Positions 1 through 15,191 of a DNA stretch of 64,000 nt are shown piece by piece (position 1 is the first letter of the stretch; the number at the start of each line of letters is the position of its first letter). This DNA is from Camelus dromedarius (lineage: Eukaryota): positions 1,612,001 through 1,676,000 of the forward strand of contig NC_087466.1 in the NCBI RefSeq assembly GCF_036321535.1. Reading direction: 5' to 3'. Both the position numbers and the translations under genes were made by a program. The notes below the pieces were generated by a model. It did not search any database, was not told where the DNA came from, and worked only from the letters and a program-made list of their open reading frames with translations.

Positions 1-1447
1 GGAGGTGGGCAGGCTCTCTGGGGTGGGGTTGATTTCAATTTCCTGTTAAACTTTTTCCCTGCGTTTCACAAGTTCTCAATAGAGAACGTGTATTACTTTT
101 AAAGTCAGGGGGACAAACACTAAATTGCACTTGGGAAGTCAGAAACCAGGACCAGCAAGTGGAGGCCAGGCTGCCCGGAAGCAGTGCCAAGACTCCCTGA
201 GACCCCTGCTTAGGCCCCAGGGCCAGTGTAGGCCCCTCCAGAAGCCCCAGTGGGACACGTGTCCTCTCGCTGTCCTGCCTGAGCTGCCCACAGCCCCACA
301 GCCGGCAGCACATGAGTGGAAGAACACGTCTGCTCACGGAAGCCAGAAATAGGCCCGTCCACACAGGCCTTTTTTAAACACACTCTTGGCAGCCTGTGGT
401 GCCCACCCAGCCCAGCCTCCAGGTAGGGGCTTGCCTGCCCCCGTGGGCACCCAGTGTGGCCCCGCCACCTCCCACCCGCGCCCTCGCTGAGGCCCACTCC
501 TGCTCACCCCTGCCCCCGGCTCCCGCAGGCTGAGGGGTTGACCTGCCTCAGAACAAACGCCCCACTGGCTACAGGCCCCCAGGAGGGCCAGAGTGGTTGT
601 TGCTCTGGTCACTGGGCTGTGTCCCAACCTGGGCTGTGGACGGGGGTGGTGGCAGATCTGTGTGACTGAAGCCTAGGCCCCTGACCCCTCCCTGAGCCCT
701 AGGAGCCTGGGGCAGGGGGGCACGACCACAGAGAGGGAGCTGTGTCGTCAGCATCTGCTCTGGGCTGAAAGCCAGCCTGAGCCACAGGTGAAGCAGCTAA
801 GGCTGCCCAGCCGAGACCACCTGCCCTCGACCTCAAGTGTCCAGCACCCACCACAGCCGGTGTCCCTGGTGTGGCCTCACCTGGTCCCTCCAGCTGCGAC
901 CACTGAGCCTTCCTGAGAAGGAGGTCAAGGAAAAGCAGAGGGCACTGCCAGGCCAGCGTCGGCGGTGACTGTGGGGCAGGCACGTGGCAGGCGGGCCAGG
1001 CCACACCTACGTGGGAACAACTTGACTCTGGCCTGGGGCCGGGCAGCCGGGAGGGCACCCAAGAGCCACCCACCTTCATCACAAGGAGGGCTGGTGGCAG
1101 TGGCTCTGGGCAGCCTGTGGGGAGGGCAGGTCTGCAGCCACACCCTGGGCAGCCCCTGCACACACTCCCCTGCCTGGCCTGGCATCTCACACCCAGGGCC
1201 GGCCTGGCACACGCATGAGGTGCCCGCTGGACACCAGTGTCCTCACTCCCAGGACTCACCTGTCCCTGGCACCCCAGGATGGGCATGTGGCGACGTCAGC
1301 CTCGGCTTAGGGTGGGGGCTCTCATCGCCTCAGCCCCGGTGCCCACAACCCCTCCCAGCCTGCCAGCCCCGGCCGGTTCCTGCCAGGCTGTGTCCACCGC
1401 TGGACACAGCCCTGCCCCTTCTGGCCCCAGAGACGCGTCCAACTCAC

Positions 1448-1551
1448 GTGAACACGAAGAACAGGGTGCTGGAGCCAACCAGTAGCGCAGCCGCCGTGGC
1501 CACCGGGATGTACTTGGCGGGTTTGAGGCGCGTCCCGGGGCTGCGGGGCAT
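1448..1551 (-). CDS. ZDHHC8: Palmitoyltransferase ZDHHC8, coding exon 1 only (rest of gene lies beyond the window start)
   Basis: Minus strand ATG at 1551 reads MPRSPGTRLKPAKYIPVATAAALLVGSSTLFFVF(T), the ZDHHC8 N-terminus. It is 104 nt long and ends at the donor AC|GTGAGT (1447). It sits in a CpG island. Confidence 0.96.
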
Positions 1552-1850
1552 CCTGGGCGCCGCGCCGCCGCATCCCTCCCCGGGGCCGGGCGGGCGGGGC
1601 CGACTGGACAGGCAGGACCGGGCGGCAGCAGCGGCAGCGGAGGAAATCCCACCCCACGGGCGGTGGCGGCGACGGCGTGCTGATGTCAGTGCGCCCCTTA
1701 AGGTGGACCGGCGGCGGGGACCGTGGGGCCAGGCGGGGGCCCCTCGCGACTGCCGCCCATCCCGCCCCGCCGTCCCCAGTGCTCAGGGCGGAGCTGGCCC
1801 AGGACACCCGCCGGGGCAGGGCCTCGCCTCACAGCCCCAGCTAGCCAAGT
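1552..1850 (-). promoter_or_regulatory. ZDHHC8 5'UTR and CpG-island promoter
   Basis: CpG-dense sequence directly upstream of the ATG, with GC boxes and a CRE-like TGATGTCA at 1681-1688. The TSS is not determinable from sequence. Confidence 0.75.
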
Positions 1851-4297
1851 GCCAGGACCCTCTGAAGCCACTCAGCCACAGCACACCTGAGGCCTTGCCC
1901 CTTGGGTGGACACAGGGTGAACACCAGGCCCCGTCCCCAGTCCGCAGATCCTGGCACTTTGGCACGCAGGTCCTCTTCTGGGCTCTGCTTGCATAGAACT
2001 TTCCCTAAACACCTCAGAGTGGGTCCCTGGGGACAGGCTGACACCCTCGCCTGGGAGCTCTTTGAGCCCCCTGGCACAGTGACACTGCAGGGCGCCTTGG
2101 TTGTTTACCCCCTGCCCACTGGGCACTCAGCTGGACCAAGAGGCCAGCAGGCAACGTAAGGAGGGTGGGGGCCCAGGGTGCAGGCTTAGGAGGGTGAGGG
2201 TGGGAGCCTCAGCCTCCCAGGACAGGCTGGAGAGCCCTTCTGGAAGCGCCAGGCACCCTGCCTCTGCCTGGGATAGGCCCGCGGGCAGGCCCACCTCCTG
2301 CAGGAAATCCCACCCACCAGCGCCACCACTGCTGTCGCTTAAGGTGGACCAGTGAGCGGCCTCGCAGTGCTGGGCAGACGGCGGGCAGCCTGCTGGCCTC
2401 TATGCAGCAGTCGAGCCTCTGGGAGTTTGGGACCTGGGCATGTCGCAGCCTCCACAGTGAGGACACACCCCCAGGGCCCTCCGCTCTGAAACCAAGACCC
2501 ACCAGGGCATCCACCTGGGGCCCTCACCCTCCCTGGCCCTGGTGCTCCTTGGCCTGGAGGCCCCTCTTTGCCTGGACTTGGGCCTCTGAAGCCCCAGCCC
2601 AGCAGGCAGGGCCACGAGCTGTTAGAAACAGTGGTGGGCTCCCACTCCAGGAGGCCCAGGGCTGAGGTGAGCAGGGAGCAGACTCCACCTGGAGCAGACA
2701 CCTCCCACTCTGCCTCAGCCTCTGGGGGCCTTGGGGTATGACACATTGCAGCCCCACCCCAGGCCTGGCCCTTGCAGTCCCTGCCGACTGGGCAGAAGGG
2801 TCTCAGGTGGTGAGGAACGAGCGTGGCCATGGCCCAGGCGTCCTCTCCCAAGCACGGCAGAAAGCTTGCCCAAGCTACAGGCCAGAGGACTGACCTGGAA
2901 TGGAATGGCCATTCCCCCCACCATACCCATACCATCGCCCATGTGACCAGACGTCTGCCTGAACACATGTTGGCTGGGGGATCAGAGGGTCCCACGGTGT
3001 CCCCGTTCATCCTGGTTATCACCTTTTCATGCATCCTGGTCACAGCACAGCTGTCTCTTAGCCATCCTGAGGGGCCATCCCCACCCAGGGTTTCCCCCTT
3101 GGACACATGTCCTCACCCAAGAGAAGGGATCAGGTTCACTTCCCTTCTCTTTACAGCAGGTGGGATCTCACTAGTATTTGAGCCCAAAGCAGGCAGACAT
3201 TCAACATCCTTTCTGTGTCTGCAGGGGTGTCTGACTGCCCTTCCCTGGAGGACCAGACCCTGGACCAGCCTCTCCCATTGATGCACCGCGATGGGGTCCA
3301 ACTCTAGCTCCTAGGGATGGGGAGCTGGGAAAGCTTCAGCGTCCCTCCCTGGGTGGGAAGGACCACCACAGGCACCCAAAAGTGAGGAAGGGAGGCCTGG
3401 GGCTGCCAGGGCAGGGGCAAGTGAGGCCTGCAGTTTGGCTTTTAAAACAAGGGTGGTTTCCTATGGGGTGAGTCTGCCAGAGACCAAGGATGGGAGGTTT
3501 GAACTGGATGTGGCCGCAGGGAGGACAGGACAGGCCGGCCACAACGCACAGCCTCTGGGAGGTGCAATGGCAAAGCCACCAGGGAGGAACAGCCACTCCA
3601 GGGTCAGGTCCTGGCATGCTCTCCAACCCGTGGGGGCTCCTCCCAGCCTGGGATGTTCCCCAGACACAGGCCACCACAGGGATGACTGTGTATTTGGAGC
3701 CCACAGCACACTGAAAACCTCTCCTCTTAGGATGACCCACTTTACAAGGGAAACCTGAATGGCACTAACCCACTTGCGTTCTCGAAAACATTCCTTACTG
3801 AGAGCTACCACAGGTGTCCACAATTCCAGGGGGTGGGCCAGGAGCAAGAAGACAGGTGTCCAAAGACAGCAGTGGGGTATCCGAAGAAGTCTGTGGAGCC
3901 CAGTGACAGGCCAGGTGCGTATGCTGTGGGATTGGCTTTTCCCTCCATGGGGACTGAGGGCTGACCAAAGACAGCCTGGCTGGAGCCTGGAGACCCACGT
4001 GGCCTCCCCGTGCCACAGCCAAGGTGGTCTGGTGGGCTTCCCTTCTCTCCCTTGGCCAGGAAAAAGCCTGCCGGCTCCTGGCCACGGGGAAGGGCCAGGC
4101 TGTTTACGCCTCCAGAGGACAGCACTGGCCTCCCAGGCCCACCTGCCCCCCAGCACCGGCTCAGACACTGCGGCCCATGGCCGACAGCAGCCTGGAGGCC
4201 ATGGTAGAGCGAGCGACAGCAGAGCCAGCAGGAACCCACAGTCCCGGGACGGGGCCGGCGCACACACGCTCCTGCCTCCACGCAGGTTTCAAATGTG

Positions 4298-4303
4298 TTT
4301 ATT
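4298..4303 (-). terminator. RANBP1 polyadenylation signal
   Basis: AATAAA on the minus strand, about 275 nt after the RANBP1 stop, at the end of an AU-rich 3'UTR. Confidence 0.8.
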
Positions 4304-4577
4304 CACTACTTTTGATGACTATAAATAAGTGTTTCCACCATGGAAAAGAAAGTCAGCGCAGCACGTTCTCATGACCGGGGAATGAACTTTCTGAAGTCCT
4401 CAATAGGGCAAAAACTTAGGAAAAAAACAACCTGAATGTTGGAAGTCAGTTCTTTATATAAAGTCCCTTGTAAAAAACAAAACAGAATAAAAACGAACTG
4501 AAAAGAAGGGGTAGGGAAAAATTAAAAAAAGAAAGAGGGAAGAGATGCGGAGAAAGGAAACACAGAGCTCCTTGGAC

Positions 4578-9893
<5,316 letters not shown>

Positions 9894-10563
9894 GAGCGCG
9901 GCGGCGGCGGCGGCTCGTCTGGCTCGGTCGTCGCTGGCTCCGCGGCCTCTCGGCGGCTGGTCGCAGCTCCTTCCTCCGCGTCTGGCGCCGGCACCTCCCG
10001 CCCGCTCGCTCGCTCGCTCGCTCGCTCTTCCCTCCGCCCCGCGACCCGAACCCCGACCCCTGACCCCGGCGGCGGGAAACACGACGCGATTCAAAACCAG
10101 CGCAGCTTTATTGGCTCAGGAGGCGGACACTCTCATTGTCCAGCCCGCCCCGCGCTTCCCGCCAAAACGCCCGCGGCGCATGCCCGGCCCGCCTGGTAGT
10201 CGGGGGAGCGCGCACTCCCGGCGGCCCTCGCGCGCACTTCCGCTCCGCGGCCGCGCGCGCCCCTCGAGCTTGAGGACCGGGCTAGGGGTCGGAGCGGCGC
10301 GTGACGATTACGTCGCCGGAAGTCGGGACGATAGAGACGCGCCGCATGGGCTGCGCGCGCCGGCCGACAGCCGAGCTGCCGTCGAGGCGATCCGCGGGCC
10401 CGGTCCCCTGGCGGGCGGGCGGCGCAGCCCATGCCCGTGACCCCGCCTTAAACACCGAGGGTTCGAGTCCCGCCCCCGCCGTGCCAGAGGCCCTGCGGCC
10501 TTCCCGCTCTCCGCGCGTCCCCTGTGTGCCAGGCCCTGGACGAGGTGACGGACGGACCGGACG
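9894..10563. promoter_or_regulatory. RANBP1/TRMT2A (Htf9) bidirectional CpG-island promoter
   Basis: Two divergent ATGs lie 670 bp apart. Sites seen: E2F TTCCCGCCAAAA (10156-10167), a second E2F-like GGCGGGAAA (~10071), CCAAT (ATTGG 10110-10114), a GC box (~10143), NRF1-like GCGCATGC (~10176), and ETS sites CACTTCCG (~10234) and CCGGAAGT (~10316). Confidence 0.88.
10004..10027. repeat. (GCTC)6 tetranucleotide microsatellite in the RANBP1 5' region
   Basis: Six perfect GCTC units read directly. Confidence 0.9.
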
Positions 10564-13500
10564 ATGGATGACGAGCTCGACAGCGGAGTACGGAGAAGGG
10601 AGAACCTGGCGGAGCCGGGGGCGGGCGGTGAGACGGGAGCGGGAGGCTCGCGGCGAGGAGGGCAGAGAGCCGGGCGCGCAGGTCCCAGCCAGCCCGCCTG
10701 TCTGCCGTCTCCACCCAGGGCCGGGCGCACGTGCAGGGCCCCGACCAGGACGGCCCCGGCGCTCCGGGCAGCCCCGCGGCCCCAGGACCCCAGCAGGAGG
10801 AGGAGGAGCAGGACGCCGAGGCCGCGGGGCCTGGGGCTCCGCCTGGGCCCTACAGTTACATCCGGGCGGGCCTGTTCACTTCGGAGATCTTCAAGTTGGA
10901 GCTGCAGAACGTACCGCGCCACGCCAGCTTCAGCGACGTGCGGCGCTTCCTGGGCCGCTTTGGGCTGCAGCCCCACAAAACGAAACTCTTCGGGCAGCCT
11001 CCCTGCGCCTTCGTGACATTCCGCAACGCCGCCGAGCGCGACAAGGCCCTTCGAGTGCTGCATGGCGCCCTGTGGAAGGGCCGCCCTCTCAGCGTGCGTC
11101 TGGCCAGGCCCAAGGCTGATCCCATGGCCAGGAAGAGGCAGCGTGAGGATGAGGGTGAGCCGCCGGCCCCACTGGCCACGTGCATCGCTGATGTAGTCAC
11201 CCCTCTTTGGGCCGTGCCCTACCAGGAGCAGCTTGAGCGGAAGCGGATGGAGTGTGAGCAGGTGCTGCAGAAGCTGGCCAAGTGAGTGTGGGTGTGGGCA
11301 CCCCTGGCAGAGCTCCTGTCAGCTCCCTGCTCGCACAGCCCACCTTGTGCGTTGGACATTCTCTTGGGGAGCTAGCCACCAAGATCCCTGTTGTTAGCAC
11401 TCTGGACGTTGAGATCCCAAGTCGGGGAGAGTGGCCCGGGAGGGCAGGGGCAGCCGGCTGAGCACAGCCTCTGCCCTACCTTGCCCCACAGGGAAGTTGG
11501 GAGCACCAGCCGCGCCACGCTTCCTTGGCTGCCCTCACAGAGGCACAAGCACAACAAGGTCTGCTGCCCCCTGGAGGGGGTCAGGCCGTCACCCCAGCAG
11601 GTCAGGCTCCCTTCTGCTCTCATAGCTTTTCCTGGCCCCTCCCTGCTTTGCATTTGCGCCTGGTATTCCCCACGTGACAGGTGTTGTCAGCCTTGTCCCC
11701 TCGACCGTCAAGCCCTGTGGGGAACCGGGGCCTCGCTCAGCGCCATCTCTCACTGGCTGCGGTGCTCCCTCCAGGCAGGCGTGCAGGCCAGGCAGGCTAA
11801 GGGTGGGCATGTGTCCGTCCCCCTCCGGCTCTCCCCTACAGACCGAGTACCGCAACAAGTGTGAGTTTCTGGTCGGCATCGGGGTGGATGGGGAAGACAA
11901 CACAGTTGGCTGCCGACTGGGCAAGTACAAGGGCGGGACGTGTGCCGTGGCAGCCCCATACGACACCCTGCACATCCCCGGGGCCACCAAGCAGGTGGTG
12001 AAGGCCTTCCAGGAGTTCATCCGGTAGGACACATGGCTGGGTTGGTGGCTCCAGGACATTATGAGGCAGTCTGGGTCCTGCCTGGTGGGGTGGGGGGGTC
12101 CTGCGATTGTGGTCTGGTGGGTGTGGCCGGAGGAGGGCAGGGAGGCTGATCGTCCAATCCCGGTCAGCAGGTATTAGGCATTCAGGGCTGTCTGTGGCTC
12201 CCACAGGTCTACTCCATACTCGGCCTACGACCCCGAGACGTACTCGGGCCACTGGAAGCAGCTGACTGTGCGCACCAGCCGCCGTGGCCAAGCCATGGCC
12301 ATTGCCTACTTTCACCCCCAGGTCTCCAGCGGGTGGCCTGCTTGGGGAGGGATGTCCGGGCCGGAGTGGACTGTGAAACAGCCTTAACCAGTCTTCTCTA
12401 CTGCCTGCTCCAGAAACTGAGCCCTGAGGAGCTGGCGGCGCTGAAGGCCTCTCTGGCCCAGCACTTCATGGTGGGGCCAGGCAAGGCCAGTGGGGTGACC
12501 TGCCTCTACTTCGTGGAGGAGGGACAACGGTGAGTAGCCTGGGTGGTGTGGGGTGGGGCAGGGCAGGTTCCTGTGAGGACTGGTGATACTGACAGACCCA
12601 CCCTACTGCTCACAGAAAGGCTCCTAGTCAGGAGGGCCTGCCTCTGGAGCACGTGGCTGGGGACCGGTGTATCCACGAGGACCTGCTGGGATTGACCTTC
12701 CGGATCTCCCCTCATGCCTTCTTCCAGGTAGCCAGAGCCCCTGGGGGTCACAAGGATGCACGGACGGAGGCCTGGTATGATGTCAGGATAGGCGTGGGGT
12801 TGGCGGGCCAGAGCGGCAGTGAGGGGTTAGCCTGCCGTGGTCTGGGAGAGCACCCGGGCGGAGAGCCACAAAGGTGTAAGGTAGAGAAGGGTCACAAGCA
12901 GTTCCTTTGTCATTAGTTAGACCCTGGGGACAACCCAGCAGGTGGGTCATATATGGGGCGGGAGTCGGGATGACAGGGGCTTTGGTGGGGTCATCAGTGC
13001 TCACTGCAGGGCTGGTGCTCCCTCACATTCAGTACTCAGAAGAAAGCATGTTTGGGTGGGCGTTGGCACTGAGTTGTTTCCTAGAGCCCGGAGACTAGGC
13101 GTGGTGGATGGGGGGGCCCAGGCAGTTAGAGGGAGGGAAGGGGGTGAGAGAGCCGGGGTGCCCAAGCGGATGAGTGCTTGGGGATGCAGGCACTGGGGGC
13201 AGGCTGGCCTGGGCAGCAGGGCTGCTCTTCTGTCCTGGCCTGCACTCCAGGTGAACACCCCCGCGGCCGAGGTGCTCTATACAGTCATCCAGGACTGGGC
13301 CCAGCTGGACTCGGGGACCACAGTGCTGGACGTGTGCTGTGGCACCGGCACCATCGGCCTGGCCCTGGCCCGGGTGAGCCCTCCTGCCCTCCCCACACGT
13401 TGTCACCTGCTCTGTGACCCCTAGCCTATTCCAGATCTTCCTCACCCACCCTCATCCCCCTGCACAGGCCTCGGTGGGGTAGGGTGGGGTGCTATCGGTC

Positions 13501-14475
13501 TGCCCTGTCCTTGCTTCAGAAGGTGAAGAGAGTTGTGGGGATCGAGCTGTGCCAGGAGGCTGTGGAGGACGCCCGGGTGAATGCCTTGGACAACGGTGAG
13601 CCAGTGCTCTGTGGCAAGGGAGTCCACAACAGGAGGGCGGAGGGTGCAGGAGGTCCTACATGCAAATCTGTCATGTGCCCATGACACCTGGGGCTGCCCT
13701 ACGGGAAAGGTTTTCCTAAGGCACCTTCTGTGGGCTTCCGGACAGGCAGGCGGGGGGCCCATGGGGAGGGGGCCCGGGTCCCCTGGCAGGACTGCCGTGC
13801 TTATCTGCAGAGCTAAGCAACGTCGAGTTCCACTGTGGGAGGGCGGAGGACCTGGTGCCCACCCTGGTGAGCAGACTGGCTTCCCAGCAGCTCGTTGCTG
13901 TCCTGGATCCGCCCCGTGCCGGACTGCGTGAGTGGTCTCTGTCTGGGCGGGGGCAGCAGCACGTGGGTGGCTCAGGCCTCCATCTCCTCCTTGAGAGGGG
14001 CTCTGGAGGACTTTCTCTTGAGGGGTGTGCATCTCCCCAGATTCCAAGGTGATCCTGGCCATCCGCAGAGCCGAGAACCTCAAGCGGCTCCTGTACGTCT
14101 CCTGCAACCCCCGGGCAGCAATGGGCAATTTTGTGGAGTGAGTGAGGCCTGGGTGGACTGGGCCTGACATCCAGCCTCCCCCCACCCCCCCAGGAGTCCC
14201 TGCCAGACCCAAGTGGCTGACCATGGCACCCCTTTCTCTACAGCCTCTGTAGGGTTCCATCCAACCGCGTCAAGGGCACTCCGTTCCGGCCAGTCAAGGC
14301 TGTGGCCGTGGACCTGTTCCCGCAGACCCCGCACTGTGAGATGCTGGTCTTGTTTGAGAGGGTGGAGCACCCTCTCAGCACGGGGGCCCTGGAGCCCCGG
14401 GATCCTCCAGCCGAGCCCCCACCAGGGCTGCCAGATGACACCCCACAGGAAACCCAGGCCTCCCCGCCTTCTTAG
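10564..14475 (+). CDS. TRMT2A: tRNA (uracil-5-)-methyltransferase homolog A (621 aa, 12 coding exons)
   Basis: Exons 10564-10587 (MDDELDSG, strong Kozak ACGATGG), 10719-11281 (RRM: [27 protein letters not shown]..), 11492-11600, 11842-12023 (TEYRNKCEF..), 12207-12321, 12414-12529, 12616-12727 (ISPHAFFQ), 13251-13373 ([14 protein letters not shown] motif), 13520-13595, 13811-13927 (LDPPRAG), 14041-14137 (YVSCNP), 14244-14475 ([13 protein letters not shown]). Phases close, total 1866 nt. The exon 1/2 N-terminus is the least certain part. Confidence 0.97.
10880..11125 (-). CDS. RANBP1: Putative alternative first coding exon of RANBP1 (82 codons), antisense to TRMT2A exon 2
   Basis: ATG at 11125 reads [82 protein letters not shown], followed by the donor GAA|GTGAAC in phase 0, which is compatible with RANBP1 exon 2. 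It matches the N-terminus of the annotated 278-aa human isoform as recalled. Confidence 0.6.
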
Positions 14476-14679
14476 GACCCTGGGGCAGCAGAAACCAGCT
14501 TTTCCAGAACAGCACCTGGACTGCATCATGGGCAGAAGCCCAGGGGCTTCCAGGGCCCTTCCCCGCCCCAGGACACAGGCAGCAGCTACTGAAGACCAGA
14601 CCAACTGTCCCTGTAGGCTCTTGTGGCCGGCTATCCCTCACCCCCATCCTTCTCAGGCCAGCTGGGTCACAAGGGACAG

Positions 14680-14685
14680 AATAAA
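14680..14685 (+). terminator. TRMT2A proximal polyadenylation signal
   Basis: AATAAA about 205 nt after the stop, followed by a GT-rich downstream element (TGTTGATGTTTGTGG). Confidence 0.75.
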
Positions 14686-15185
14686 CAGGTGCCCAACTGT
14701 TGATGTTTGTGGTAAGAACCCAGAGCCTGACACACGAGGGCTCCTTCTGCCCCCCCTCCACAGGTGCAAAGGGCACCCCAAGAACTGGCCCAGTCAGAGC
14801 AGCTCCCCCAGCCCCTCTGTGCCATCAGGCGTCCCAGCAGAAGTTGCTGTTGATAGAATACCTAGTTTTATGTTTAACTCAGAGAAGCAGAGATGTGGGT
14901 CTTCTCGGGGTGGAGGGCACAGCACCAGCCCCGCTGACATTCCCCACTGCAGGCAGGCCCAGGGCTTAGCCGTTCCTGAGTCTCATCCTAGCCCCATCCC
15001 TGAAGTGAGGCTATTTCCTGGTGACACAGGAACTGGGTGGGGCTGGGACATTACTTGGCAGCAGTGGGAACTGTTGTGTCCAGCCAAATGCCCTGGCCTT
15101 CAAAGGGTCTGGCTACTTGAGGGTCCACAGCCGCCCCCCCCCCCCCCCTGTTAAAAGTAAGACAGACCATTTCCTTTTGGATAGA

Positions 15186-15191
15186 TTTAAT
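15186..15191 (-). terminator. Probable DGCR8 polyadenylation signal (ATTAAA)
   Basis: ATTAAA, overlapping a CATAAA, on the minus strand about 1.6 kb after the DGCR8 stop. I saw no minus-strand AATAAA closer to the stop. Confidence 0.55.

Noticed and set aside
72-87. Palindrome GTTCTC-AATA-GAGAAC
   Set aside because: A 6-bp stem is expected by chance and does not match HSE or STAT spacing.
965-1996. 343-aa plus-strand ORF across ZDHHC8 exon 1
   Set aside because: Low-complexity P/G/A/R translation antisense to a CpG-island exon, starting at GTG, with no recognisable domain.
2314-2334. CTCF- or REST-like motif CCAGCGCCACCACTG
   Set aside because: Only half of each consensus matches.
10308-11063. 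251-aa minus-strand ORF ([12 protein letters not shown]..)
   Set aside because: It is the codon-mirrored shadow frame of TRMT2A exon 2 running into the promoter. Unlike the 10880-11125 frame, it has no usable splice to RANBP1 that I could find.
14213-15154. 313-aa ORF overlapping the last TRMT2A exon and 3'UTR
   Set aside because: It is out of frame with TRMT2A, starts at an intronic GTG, runs through the poly(A) signal, and has no domain.
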